Shown here piece by piece: positions 1-9,267 of a stretch of 64,000 bases of DNA. Positions within the stretch are counted from its first letter, which is position 1; each line of letters begins with the position of its first letter. Below the pieces are notes generated by a model, which did not search any database, had not been told where the DNA came from, and saw nothing but the letters and a program-made list of their open reading frames with translations. Location: IMG/VR virus record IMGVR_UViG_3300038426_000075, positions 1-64,000 of that record; one strand, given 5' to 3'. Both the position numbers and the translations under genes were made by a program. The stretch is from a virus.

Positions 1-328
1 CTATCCCCGGTAGGGATTCGCTATAGGCGGGAGTGCTAAGGAAGAGATTACAGAATAGGACAAGGACAACAAGGAGGGTACGCACCCAGGCCATACCCCA
101 TTTTGGTTTGTCAAGTAAACAATTCCGTTTTATTTTTCCATCCGCAGAATAGTTTCTTCCGATCAATTTTCCGAAACAATTAATTACGATATCCAAATCC
201 TCATAGACAAAGCCATCCCTGCCGGCTCGACAATTCTTCCGTATCCAATCCCGGAAAGGATCTCTTTGTTCACCATGGTCAGCGTCGTACCAAATTGACT
301 TCCCGGTTTTCGGGTCAGTTATGGACAT
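1..328 (-). CDS. Partial ORF running off the window edge; the last ~30 codons (MAWVRTLLVVLVLFCNLFLSTPAYSES) look like the signal peptide of a separate exported protein
   Basis: ATG at 328 overlaps the MTase end; frame open to position 1. Confidence 0.4.
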   Translation of the reverse strand, partial: MSITDPKTGKSIWYDADHGEQRDPFRDWIRKNCRAGRDGFVYEDLDIVINCFGKLIGRNYSADGKIKRNCLLDKPKWGMAWVRTLLVVLVLFCNLFLSTPAYSESLPGI

Positions 329-1388
329 CGTCCTGCAACCTTTTCTTAGAAAGAGCAACGGATTCTTCAGAGATGTCGAAACCAAGCCATTTCCTTCCCA
401 ATTTCTTGGCGGCCACTAAGCTCGTCCCCCCCCCGCAAAATGGGTCTACAACGAGTTCTCCTGGCTCTGTATAGGCTTCAATGAGTTGAAGGGGTGTCTT
501 GAGATCCTGTTGCCAATCATGGAAGGTTTTGTCCCGTTCCGTTCTGACAACGTCCTGCTGAAATTTACACACTGGTGCTTTTCCTGCTTTCTTGAAAATG
601 AGGACCGGCCTCCAATTCTCCGCAAATTGATATGGAGGTCCAAGGTGTTTTTCTTTAGAGAAAGCGTGAAAAGCACAGATAATCCAGATATACTCAAGAT
701 GTGGGATGATAGCATTGATGACTTCTGGAAGTCTGAGTTTTCCGGTATAACAACAAAAGAACCTTCCAGGCTTTAAACTTTTTGCGGCCAATTTTGCTAC
801 CATTTCGTAGTGCTTAATATGTTCATCGTCGTAAGGAGGGTCGGTGAAGATTAAGTCAACCGATTCGTTCGGGATGCGAACGTCTTCTATCGCTCGGATA
901 AAAATGGTTTCTTCCTTGATATTCTTCCCTTCGCTGATTGCTACCTCTCGCTTCTTGTTGGCATCGGCCTTTTTAATCTCACGCTTAATATCTGCCTTGC
1001 TTTTATTTCCAGTCTTGACTTTATCGAATGTCTCTCTTGGTATGCTCGCAAGAAGTTGCGCCTCGGCACTCTCCCGCTTCGTCAGGCCAAGGGAGGCAAT
1101 TTGAACAGGAGAAAAGTCACCGCCAGTAACTTTTCTTGGTTGTCCCTTTTTGGCTACCTGTCCAGATTGTTGCCCCGCCGCCAGCATTTCCCCCATCTTG
1201 CGCTCTGCTTCCAGGGCATAGCTTCGACAGTATTGAATCGCCTCCTCACCCATGCCTTTTCGTTTGGCCCAATCCGCGGCGGTCAATGCAAGGTTTTTTA
1301 ATTCCTTAGCCTTCTGTATTGTGTCAGCCTCTGCAAGCATTTGAGAAGCTTTGGTAAAAATTACAAGAGAATTGGTTTCGCTCATCAT
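315..1388 (-). CDS. DNA N6-adenine/N4-cytosine methyltransferase (beta class) with N-terminal helical extension
   Basis: DLIFTDPPY catalytic motif precedes VVDPFCGGGTSLVAA SAM-binding motif. Confidence 0.9.
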   Translation of the reverse strand: MMSETNSLVIFTKASQMLAEADTIQKAKELKNLALTAADWAKRKGMGEEAIQYCRSYALEAERKMGEMLAAGQQSGQVAKKGQPRKVTGGDFSPVQIASLGLTKRESAEAQLLASIPRETFDKVKTGNKSKADIKREIKKADANKKREVAISEGKNIKEETIFIRAIEDVRIPNESVDLIFTDPPYDDEHIKHYEMVAKLAAKSLKPGRFFCCYTGKLRLPEVINAIIPHLEYIWIICAFHAFSKEKHLGPPYQFAENWRPVLIFKKAGKAPVCKFQQDVVRTERDKTFHDWQQDLKTPLQLIEAYTEPGELVVDPFCGGGTSLVAAKKLGRKWLGFDISEESVALSKKRLQDDVHN

Positions 1389-1696
1389 TTCATCCCCCGT
1401 TCCGCAAACCATAATTTTCTTTCAGGGGATTTCATATCTTCATCAGAAGCTAAGTCAAAATCATCTGTTTCCCGATAAATTTTCAACGCTTTAAATGAAT
1501 AAAAATCAGGAGTCAATCCATAGCCACATTCTGAACAGACTATTTGATTTAAGCCTGAGATTTGCGGGCGAACATTTTTGTAACAATATTTACAGTAAAT
1601 CCATCGACCAAATCCTTTTATATCTTTAACCGGCTGAATATGTACTTCGTGTTTACCATCGGGATAAAACATTTCCCATGCAATTCTTTTATCCAT
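1385..1696 (-). CDS. Zn-ribbon hypothetical protein
   Basis: CKYC and CSEC pairs; SD upstream. Confidence 0.6.
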   Translation of the reverse strand: MDKRIAWEMFYPDGKHEVHIQPVKDIKGFGRWIYCKYCYKNVRPQISGLNQIVCSECGYGLTPDFYSFKALKIYRETDDFDLASDEDMKSPERKLWFAERGMK

Positions 1697-1713
1697 GAAT
1701 GGCCCCTTTCATC

Positions 1714-1833
1714 CCACAAAAAAAGGGGTCCCGGGTAAGTGGACGATGCTTTCGCATAGGGTGGTCCTTTCCCCGGAAACCCCTAATTTTGTGGATTGAT
1801 TGTTTTGTCGCATCGCCCAACTGACACCACCCT
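1714..1833 (-). ncRNA. c4/CI-like antisense RNA element B with upstream targets
   Basis: Long closing stem 1714-1794, GAAA-capped hairpin, segments ACCACCCU and GCAUCGUCCA complementary to upstream AGGGUGGU (1826-1833) and UGGGCGAUGC (1810-1819). Confidence 0.65.
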
Positions 1834-1841
1834 TGAAACCT

Positions 1842-1870
1842 ATATTACGCAAATGCATAATAAATGTCAA
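1842..1870 (-). promoter_or_regulatory. Sigma70-type promoter
   Basis: TTGACA-17 nt-TAATAT; -35 overlaps the HNH stop codon. Confidence 0.75.
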
Positions 1871-2481
1871 GATGCTAATAAATACTCTTTTAACCGGCCC
1901 TGTGATTCAAGAAGGCTATATTTCGATGGGCCCCCACCATATTTATCTGCCATCTCCTGTAGTGTTAATCCATACAACCACCTATATTTTGAATGAAACT
2001 TTAGGTTACATCCATGACAAATGGGCATATAATTTTCCTTGGCCTGATGTGATTTATCAAAATCTTTATGATGAATTCTATCGGCCCTACCGCCACATTT
2101 TTCGCAAATATACCCAGCCTCTTCTAAAACTTCTTTTCGTAACTTTTTCATTTGGGAATGATTTAGATACTCTGAAGTCCCTCCATTCCAACGTGGATTT
2201 TTGTTACCCGTAATATCTCTACTGATAAATTTGGGAAGATCGAACGGAATTTGTTTTCTAAATCTATGATAATGAAATGAACAATATCCACGTCTCAAGA
2301 CTGGCTTGAAACAATTATTGACTGTACAATGCGGGTAATGGATTCGTTTGTAGATGGGGGTTCCGTTTCTTTTGTTCAACCAGTAATGTATTTTGCAAAA
2401 TCCTTTCGCAAAATACTTCCTGGAACAACCTAAAATTGAACATTCCCTAATATCCAATTGATCACCATCCGCCAGAAACAA
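1867..2481 (-). CDS. HNH endonuclease with N-terminal Cys/His Zn-finger repeats
   Basis: CEKCG...HHKD...NYMPICHGCN; two CxxxxC...CxxHY repeats; true start probably slightly downstream. Confidence 0.8.
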   Translation of the reverse strand: MFLADGDQLDIRECSILGCSRKYFAKGFCKIHYWLNKRNGTPIYKRIHYPHCTVNNCFKPVLRRGYCSFHYHRFRKQIPFDLPKFISRDITGNKNPRWNGGTSEYLNHSQMKKLRKEVLEEAGYICEKCGGRADRIHHKDFDKSHQAKENYMPICHGCNLKFHSKYRWLYGLTLQEMADKYGGGPSKYSLLESQGRLKEYLLAS

Positions 2482-2595
2482 AAAAGGCCCAGGGCTGAAG
2501 TCCGTCCGCTCGCGCGGATTGGGATAGACTAACCCTGAACCTTTTCGTTTCTGGATTTTTTATTTTCGATGGTCGGACTTCCATTTGCCTATCCC
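2472..2595 (-). ncRNA. c4/CI-like antisense RNA element A with upstream targets
   Basis: Closing stem 2472-2554, GCGA-capped hairpin, segments GUCUAUCCC and CGGACUUC complementary to upstream GGGAUAGGC (2587-2595) and GAAGUCCG (2574-2581). Confidence 0.65.
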
Positions 2596-2602
2596 GAAAA
2601 TG

Positions 2603-2631
2603 ATTCTACGCTACTGCGTAATTCCTGTCAA
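2603..2631 (-). promoter_or_regulatory. Sigma70-type promoter
   Basis: TTGACA-17 nt-TAGAAT. Confidence 0.8.
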
Positions 2632-2646
2632 GAAAAATCGCTTATA

Positions 2647-2892
2647 TTACTCTTTTTTCTGCTCGGGCTCCAGTCTCTTGTAATTGAACTTACCCCGGAT
2701 ATTCTGGTTATAGAAACTCCCGATAGAATCGGCAGCCATAAAGTCGGCGTGCATCTGCGGCTCGATCCCATAGTGTACATAGATCATGTTAGGCTTACCA
2801 GACTTTCCATGAAATTCAACCTCCATTTTTTTTGTTGGCTCGTGGTAACCGATCGAGGCTACATTTGATGACTTTACTGGTGTTCTTTCCAT
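2647..2892 (-). CDS. KTSC domain protein
   Basis: MERTPVKSSNVASIGY...EVEF...ADSIGSFYNQNIRG. Confidence 0.9.
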   Translation of the reverse strand: MERTPVKSSNVASIGYHEPTKKMEVEFHGKSGKPNMIYVHYGIEPQMHADFMAADSIGSFYNQNIRGKFNYKRLEPEQKKE

Positions 2893-2964
2893 GACCCCTC
2901 CTTTTCATTGGCGGGAACCCGCCGGTTAGTTTTTCCCTCCGAGGTCAATTCTCATGGGTTGACC

Positions 2965-3468
2965 TCATTCCTTTTTCACCAACTTTTTATTGGAAGCTAT
3001 CTTTTCCCTTCCTTTTTTAATATAATCTTTTGTTTCTTTAACAAAACCAGAAACAAATTTATTTAAACTTACATCTTTTAATTGTTTATTCTCCTCCTCC
3101 AACTCCTTCATCTTCTTCTTTGCATTATTTAGATAAACTTTTAACTCACCAGCTACCGTCATCTGATTAGTTAGTGCATTTTCCAATTCCTTTATTCTTG
3201 CTACCTTTTTGAGTTCCCATTGTTCCCTTATCTCTATTACCTTATCCTCTAACTCTTTGATGCGTTTCCCCAGTGCAACGACTTCTCCTCGTTCAATTTT
3301 GTAACGTTCTTTCCAGTAAGAAACTTTATCTTCCAACTCCTTGATTTTGGTGAGGAGATGGGTAATATCATCCTCTAAAACTTTCATGTATTCAGGATCA
3401 CGATTCAACGGAAATACACTTGATATTTTGACACTATTTCTTGCCCTAATCTCTTTTATTTCATCCAT
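2965..3468 (-). CDS. Coiled-coil hypothetical protein
   Basis: Repeated [KR]IKELE heptads. Confidence 0.6.
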   Translation of the reverse strand: MDEIKEIRARNSVKISSVFPLNRDPEYMKVLEDDITHLLTKIKELEDKVSYWKERYKIERGEVVALGKRIKELEDKVIEIREQWELKKVARIKELENALTNQMTVAGELKVYLNNAKKKMKELEEENKQLKDVSLNKFVSGFVKETKDYIKKGREKIASNKKLVKKE

Positions 3469-3608
3469 CTTTGGACTCCTTCTCTATGTAAAACAATATC
3501 CTCTTTGACAATGCCAACAAAGCCATTTGTTAAATCCCCAAGAAGCAACCTTGACCTTTAGGCATTTTTTATTTTCCATACAACTTTTACATCGTCTTTT
3601 TTTCCATT

Positions 3609-3959
3609 TCATTTCCCCTCCTTCTCTTCTAACTTAGTTCCATCTGATTCTGTATAAATATCTTCCTTTTCATCATCAAGGAAATCGAAACTCTTGTTTT
3701 GCTTCTCTTTCAAGGCCTTCATCAATGTCTCATTTGGTACAAACACTTCTCCGTGTTCTGTTTGAACAAACTTCCCGTGCCTTTCCATTAGTTTTCGCTC
3801 GATTAATTTAGGATTATCTCTTTTAAAATCAATAGGATAATGTACTGGAATATTATTACATTGCATTTCTCCGTCATCTCCATAGATTCCATCAAAACCA
3901 CAGCCATGATTAAGCCAGAGTAATTGTCTTAATAATCTCTCATCCATCTCTTGAGTCAT
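3609..3959 (-). CDS. Hypothetical protein
   Basis: ORF with AGGAGG SD. Confidence 0.6.
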   Translation of the reverse strand: MTQEMDERLLRQLLWLNHGCGFDGIYGDDGEMQCNNIPVHYPIDFKRDNPKLIERKLMERHGKFVQTEHGEVFVPNETLMKALKEKQNKSFDFLDDEKEDIYTESDGTKLEEKEGK

Positions 3960-3992
3960 CTTTCCTCCTTAGGCCAATGGGCTATTTAATTT

Positions 3993-4433
3993 CTATCTTA
4001 TCACAGCTTTTGTCATTGGTGGTCTGACAATAACAATTATAGAATCAAATGGAGCATTCCATTTTACATTCTCAAATTTAATTCTTCCCCTTAGATATCT
4101 GACTTCAAGAGGGATTCCCAAAACAAGATCATGAAACCAATCAGTTCCAGTTCTACTGGGCAATAGAAAAACGCTGGTTTTCCCCTTCTCACTTTCTCTA
4201 ATTCCTTTTTTTAACCATTTATAAATATTGTCTCCAGAATAAGGAGGATTACAAAAGTTAGTTTTTCCCCATTCAATCGCAAGACCGTCAAAAATTAGTT
4301 TTTTCCCAAATTTTGGCTCTTCTGGACAGGGATCAAAGTTAAAATAAAATTCCTTATCCAATTTTCTGTAAAGTTCCCTTGGAGTTTTCCATGTCTGAAC
4401 TCGATCACCAAGTAAACCTTTATTTATCATCAC
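3993..4433 (-). CDS. Phage DNA N6-adenine methyltransferase (phage Dam family)
   Basis: WKTP...FDPC...NFCNPPY...LLPSRTGTDWFH...LRGRIKF. Confidence 0.9.
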   Translation of the reverse strand: MMINKGLLGDRVQTWKTPRELYRKLDKEFYFNFDPCPEEPKFGKKLIFDGLAIEWGKTNFCNPPYSGDNIYKWLKKGIRESEKGKTSVFLLPSRTGTDWFHDLVLGIPLEVRYLRGRIKFENVKWNAPFDSIIVIVRPPMTKAVIR

Positions 4434-4759
4434 TTCCCCTCCTTAGACGGCCAATGGTACGGGGGCGGTATGTAATAGCCCCGTTCTATCACCTCTGGAT
4501 TTCTCCACCATTGGCCGTCTCACTTTAATCCTCAAATACATTTTCTACTTCTCCAATGATCTCACTTTTTCTAAGAATACCTTCTTCCTTAACTTTCTCA
4601 AGAAATTCATTCAGTTCGATCATTGCCTCTGCAAATTTATCTTCACTCATCTTTCCCTCACTTTAGGGGTCGGGCGCCAGTCCCATCGCTAATATTCTGA
4701 CACTTCCCTCGAATATATCGAAATCTCCCAATCCCTTTCGGGACCGACCCCATTATTTC

Positions 4760-5218
4760 TTATTTTTCTTCCTTTAATATTTTAAGAACACTCTTTTCCA
4801 CCAACCCAATTATTACTTCAGATAGAAATAAACCTTTTTCTCCGGCACGTTTTTCCAGCCATGTTAGAAGTCTCTGTTGATTTAGGAAATCAATGATGAT
4901 GGGTCGGCCTTTTTCCCGTAACCCCGGGAATTGCGTTTCTTTTATCTTGGTTTGGAACTCCTTGTTAATTTCCTCCAACCGGATAACACCTTCTTTTCCA
5001 GACAATTCCAGTTCTGGGGAAAGTTCATTCACCCCAGCCTTTACTATAGGTAGTGAAGGAATGGGTCTTATAAAATGTAAACGTTCTCCGCATTTACATA
5101 TTCCATCGGCAACCTCAAAATCTGAGGATAGTTCCCTCTTCCAAATTGCAGGAGTTTTAACCATTTTCATACAGGTGGGGCATTTCCAGTTATTAAATAT
5201 TCCAATAGCGTCTTTCAT
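4760..5218 (-). CDS. Hypothetical protein (Zn ribbon plus possible ribbon-helix-helix C-terminus)
   Basis: CPTC...CKC; C-terminal LSEVIIGLVE. Confidence 0.5.
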   Translation of the reverse strand: MKDAIGIFNNWKCPTCMKMVKTPAIWKRELSSDFEVADGICKCGERLHFIRPIPSLPIVKAGVNELSPELELSGKEGVIRLEEINKEFQTKIKETQFPGLREKGRPIIIDFLNQQRLLTWLEKRAGEKGLFLSEVIIGLVEKSVLKILKEEK

Positions 5219-5243
5219 TTCTGTTCTCCCTTCTCAACAAAAT

Positions 5244-5654
5244 TCATTCCGGTTGTATCTTTCTGATTTGCCCTATCCGGGCCTTGCTGACACCAAATTT
5301 GCGAGCAAGAGAAGCATTCGTTATGCCAACTGATGATTTTATTTCGCTCAATTCCTGAATGGTTAATTTGGTATTACCCTTACCCTGCAAACCCTTCTTT
5401 ATTGCATCCTGTGTATTGTCCCGATAAGTTCCAAGAAAGAAATGCTCAGGGTTGATACACTTTTTGTTATCGCATCTATGGCAGACCAAAAGACCCAACG
5501 GAATGTCCCCGAAATTTTGAGTGTAGATGAGGCGATGAAGTAACCACATCCGACCATTTCTCTTTATAATTGGATACCCCTCTCGACCAATGCAGTGACT
5601 ATTCACGTTGAAGCAGCCCTTGTCGTCTACGACAAAAGTGATAGGCTTTTTCAT
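5244..5654 (-). CDS. HNH endonuclease
   Basis: LHRLIY...VCHRCDNKKCINPEHFFLGT..DN. Confidence 0.9.
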   Translation of the reverse strand: MKKPITFVVDDKGCFNVNSHCIGREGYPIIKRNGRMWLLHRLIYTQNFGDIPLGLLVCHRCDNKKCINPEHFFLGTYRDNTQDAIKKGLQGKGNTKLTIQELSEIKSSVGITNASLARKFGVSKARIGQIRKIQPE

Positions 5655-5660
5655 AAATAA

Positions 5661-6107
5661 TTATTCCTCTTTCTGAATTCTGAACTTCACTCCGGCTTTT
5701 TTTAATTCTGCCTTGGAAAGCTCATCGGCCAGGTTATTCTCTTCTCGAGGGATCCATTGGAGTTTGAGTTTTGGAAATTTTACAACGAGCTTTCTCGCAA
5801 TAAGGGCGAGCGGAACGTAATAACCCTGCCTAATTTTCCACCTGCCACTCATTTGCTGGATGACAAGATTTGAGTCTCCGTAGATATGGATCTCTTCCTG
5901 TTCCATTTCATTCTTTAGCAAATATTCGAGTATCGCCAGAAATCCCGCATACTCAGCATAATTGTTACTTTGATTCGGCGTGGGATCGAACATCTTTGAT
6001 GCCCTATATATTTCTTGATCGTTTTTGAAAACAATTACGCCGTATGCCCCCGTTCCTCCTGGATTTTTGGGTTCCATGCACCCGTCAAAATAGGCTTTTA
6101 TCATCAT
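5661..6107 (-). CDS. Ribonuclease HI family protein
   Basis: YFDG...NPG, NNYAEY, GDSNLVIQQ, WIPREENNLADELS. Confidence 0.92.
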   Translation of the reverse strand: MMIKAYFDGCMEPKNPGGTGAYGVIVFKNDQEIYRASKMFDPTPNQSNNYAEYAGFLAILEYLLKNEMEQEEIHIYGDSNLVIQQMSGRWKIRQGYYVPLALIARKLVVKFPKLKLQWIPREENNLADELSKAELKKAGVKFRIQKEE

Positions 6108-6635
6108 CTAACCTCCCACTTGCGCTCTTCTCTGAATTGACTTCCTTCTTCGATTGTTCGCTTGAACCTTTCTGCTCACCCACTCGCAATTTCCGGGTTC
6201 ATAATTTCCTCGATTATTTGTCCTCTCAAGCGTTAGCCCATCTGGCTTTATCCCCATATCCTGCAAGAAATTATCGAACTTCAGCCAGCGATCACAAACC
6301 GTGATTCCTCTTTTCCCGTAAGAAGCGAAGTCTTTATTTTTTGGGTTTAAGCATCGATCTTTCATGTGCGCCCATGAATCGTAGGTGCCGCTCCTTCGTG
6401 GTTTCCTACAATGGCCGTGGCGGGCTTTCTGGCTCGTCTTCTTTCCTTTCTTCCTCCGTACCTCTTCTCGGAGACACCCGCAGGATCTTGTCTTCCCACT
6501 CTTTAAAAGCTTGCTCTGAATTGTTTTGATCGTCCCGCAGTCACACTGACATTCCCATAGGAAATCATATTTGCCTCTCCCGTGGAATGCTGTGACTACT
6601 AAGCGGCCAAATCGCCTCCCCGTCAAATTCTCCAT
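6108..6635 (-). CDS. HNH-like homing endonuclease (YGGRGI family)
   Basis: LTGRRFGRLVV...CQCDCG...SCGC...YGKRGITVCDRW...YEPGNCEW. Confidence 0.85.
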   Translation of the reverse strand: MENLTGRRFGRLVVTAFHGRGKYDFLWECQCDCGTIKTIQSKLLKSGKTRSCGCLREEVRRKKGKKTSQKARHGHCRKPRRSGTYDSWAHMKDRCLNPKNKDFASYGKRGITVCDRWLKFDNFLQDMGIKPDGLTLERTNNRGNYEPGNCEWVSRKVQANNRRRKSIQRRAQVGG

Positions 6636-6656
6636 TGTGGAACCTTCCTTCCTTAC

Positions 6657-7052
6657 CTAAAACGGCACATCGGAATCATCTGTGCCAGGCGGGAGATCGT
6701 CTTTTCCGCCGCCCTCTGCGGGTTGCTTGCGCTCTTCTCCAATTACCACCACTACCTTGGCAAGCACTTCCGTAACATATTGCTTTACGCCTTCCTTCTC
6801 CCATGATCTCTGGGTGAGCTCACCCTCTATGAGGACCAAATCTCCTTTAGTGGCCTGCCCTAACGCTTCAGCCAATTTTCCCCATGCAACGATCTTGTGC
6901 CAGGTCGTTGTCTTTTTCCACTCACCGTCTTGCTTCCAGGATTTCTCGGTTGCTATAGAAGCGTTGCAAACCGGTTTCCCGTTTTGAGTGAACCTCTGCT
7001 CTGGATCTTTCCCGAGATGACCCAATAGGGTGATTCTGTTAATACTTGGCAT
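6657..7052 (-). CDS. ssb: Single-stranded DNA-binding protein
   Basis: INRITLLGHLGKDPE...WHKIVAWGKLAE; acidic tail DDSDVPF. Confidence 0.95.
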   Translation of the reverse strand: MPSINRITLLGHLGKDPEQRFTQNGKPVCNASIATEKSWKQDGEWKKTTTWHKIVAWGKLAEALGQATKGDLVLIEGELTQRSWEKEGVKQYVTEVLAKVVVVIGEERKQPAEGGGKDDLPPGTDDSDVPF

Positions 7053-7085
7053 TTAGGTCTCCTCCTTTTTTGTTAAATCGCCAAA

Positions 7086-7544
7086 TTATGATAAAATTTC
7101 TCCTCCCTCTTTTTTCCCTCCCTTCATTGCTTGCATAGCCCTCCCTATCTGGTTAGCAAGCTCTTGAGGTACTTCTTCTAAAAATACTGGAAGTAGTTGT
7201 TTTGGATCAGGCGGTGTACGGACCACTTTCCACCCTTGCCTTAATCCAATATTTGGCACAAAGATATTGTGTCTTAGGCGTATCAGGCCCCAAATGAGCT
7301 TTTGGAAGAGATTGCAGGCGAATGCGTACTTTTCCTCCAAAAAATTCTTCTCGGCAAAATCATAATCTGGAAGCATTGCCCAAATTGCCTTGCATTCTTC
7401 GGAAAGATTGATGTTCAATACAATTTCTCCTTTCTCCAAGGGAAGTTGTGGTTCTTTGTACTTTTTTTCTTTCAGGATTTTTAAAAACATTTCTTTCCCA
7501 AATAATTCCTCTCCGATAACGGTTATGGCCTCTAATAGGTTCAT
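7086..7544 (-). CDS. Hypothetical protein
   Basis: ORF with SD, in operon. Confidence 0.6.
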   Translation of the reverse strand: MNLLEAITVIGEELFGKEMFLKILKEKKYKEPQLPLEKGEIVLNINLSEECKAIWAMLPDYDFAEKNFLEEKYAFACNLFQKLIWGLIRLRHNIFVPNIGLRQGWKVVRTPPDPKQLLPVFLEEVPQELANQIGRAMQAMKGGKKEGGEILS

Positions 7545-7559
7545 TCCTTCTCCTTTCTT

Positions 7560-8273
7560 TTAACAAGCCTCAGTAGGAATCCCCGTCGCTGCCTGCACTT
7601 CCTGTATCATCCTGCGTTCGTCTGAATTGCCATCCGAAAGGTGCATTAGGTAAATGGTGCGACACCTGCTTAAATCATTGGCCTTAAGCATAGCAATTAC
7701 ATTCTCAAGGCTCATATGGTTCCTCCGCACCCTCTTACCCACGACGGCGGGAATATTGCCTTCCAGAATGTTTTGAGACACAAGTTCGGCTATATTGTTG
7801 CACTCGATTGCAATTATCGTAATCCCCTCGAATCTATTTTCTACGTAGGAGGTATCGGGTACGAAAAGGAGGCGATCATCCTTTTGGGCGATAAAGAATC
7901 CCAGGGACTCCTCGGCGTCGTGTTCGAGATGGAAGGTTCTAATTACCCACCCGGGCAGATCATATTTATGTTCCCACCCATCAATAATATGATTACGATG
8001 GTGGAGGAGCACATCCAGCCGATTTGCAGTGCCCTGGCTCATATATACATCTACGCCAGCCTTCAGGAGGTCCATGACTGCCTTCGAATGATCACCGTGC
8101 TCGTGAGAGATGAGGCAACCAACCAAGTCCGAAATCGCAACCCCGTGGGCCCTCAACTTATCCCGAAGCTGTTTGATGGGCAATCCCGCTTCCAAAAGTA
8201 GGGGGGATGCCCCATCAGATTGGAGGAGATAGGCATTCCCCTTACTACTACTTGCTAATGAAGTGAATTTCAT
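7560..8273 (-). CDS. Metallo-beta-lactamase-fold hydrolase (probable exonuclease partner of RecT)
   Basis: LASSSKGNAY, SHEHGDH, HDA, HLSDGN; start MKFTS at 8273. Confidence 0.9.
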   Translation of the reverse strand: MKFTSLASSSKGNAYLLQSDGASPLLLEAGLPIKQLRDKLRAHGVAISDLVGCLISHEHGDHSKAVMDLLKAGVDVYMSQGTANRLDVLLHHRNHIIDGWEHKYDLPGWVIRTFHLEHDAEESLGFFIAQKDDRLLFVPDTSYVENRFEGITIIAIECNNIAELVSQNILEGNIPAVVGKRVRRNHMSLENVIAMLKANDLSRCRTIYLMHLSDGNSDERRMIQEVQAATGIPTEAC

Positions 8274-8274
8274 C

Positions 8275-9267
8275 TCAGAACCCCGGACATCTCCTTTGCG
8301 GGTTTTCTGCTGCCCCCGCAACTCTCGGTCCCATCTGTGTATTTTCAGGTTTCTTTGTTTCCTCCGGTACTTCCTTAGCCACTTTCTCAGAATCCGCTGG
8401 TATCGTGATGGTGTCTCCACTATTCGCCTTCTCTTCTATCGCAGATTGGACAACCGCAGCATCGATTGTATCTTCTTCTTTTTCAACAGCCAGAAAAGCA
8501 GCATTTACCTTTTCAGAATCGATCTGAAGTTTGCTTGTTGCCCTGGTTACGAGCGTCTTATACCTCATCTCAGTGGGATAACCCCCCCAAAATTCCTTGC
8601 TCTGTGCTTTGGATTCTGACTTTTTAAAGTCTTCCTCTGTGACGATTATGAGCATATTTTTGCTCTCTTCTTTAAAGATGATATAGGCAAATCCCCCTAC
8701 TATTTTCCCGCGGTTGAAGGGTTTCTCGATCTGGAATTTGTAGGATTCAACAGCATTCCCATGAGACTTTTTGATAGGTTCGAATACATCATTTTCATGA
8801 ACCAGTTCATACCGAATATCCACTGGCTGCTCAACGGCCATTGCACGGCGATAGAAATCTTTGCCAACATATCCAATGCGAAGATCAAGGTCATATTTCC
8901 CGGCCCGTTTATTGAAATAAGGGATGGGTGAAATGTGATTGGGTATCAGAGCATCAAGACCAAGCTCGATTCTATTCATGGCATCCACTGCAAGTTTCGG
9001 CATATTGAGATTGGCCCAGGTGATCGGAGTGCCATCCGTCCCCTTGTCCAGCCGCTTACGCTCAAGCTCTCCGAGAGCAGTATCTATACGAAGGAAAAGA
9101 TGCTGAGCCAAACGCTTCTGCATTGGGGTCAATCCCATATTGCTCCCTGTAATGCTGTTAAATTCCTTCATGACGGCATTGGTGAATCTTTCTGAAATCG
9201 GCCGTTCTTGCGACTGGGGTAGATTTTTCTCGTCTTTCTTGTTTTTCTGTTCCACTTTCTGTTCCAT
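8275..9267 (-). CDS. recT: RecT-family single-strand annealing protein
   Basis: LGLD...IPY...IGYVG...ELVHEND.F...NRGKIVGGFAY...FW...EMRYKTL. Confidence 0.85.
   Translation of the reverse strand: MEQKVEQKNKKDEKNLPQSQERPISERFTNAVMKEFNSITGSNMGLTPMQKRLAQHLFLRIDTALGELERKRLDKGTDGTPITWANLNMPKLAVDAMNRIELGLDALIPNHISPIPYFNKRAGKYDLDLRIGYVGKDFYRRAMAVEQPVDIRYELVHENDVFEPIKKSHGNAVESYKFQIEKPFNRGKIVGGFAYIIFKEESKNMLIIVTEEDFKKSESKAQSKEFWGGYPTEMRYKTLVTRATSKLQIDSEKVNAAFLAVEKEEDTIDAAVVQSAIEEKANSGDTITIPADSEKVAKEVPEETKKPENTQMGPRVAGAAENPQRRCPGF

Noticed and set aside
315-4433. Restriction-modification system
   Set aside because: Two orphan methyltransferases without a recognisable cognate restriction enzyme; typical phage anti-restriction cargo
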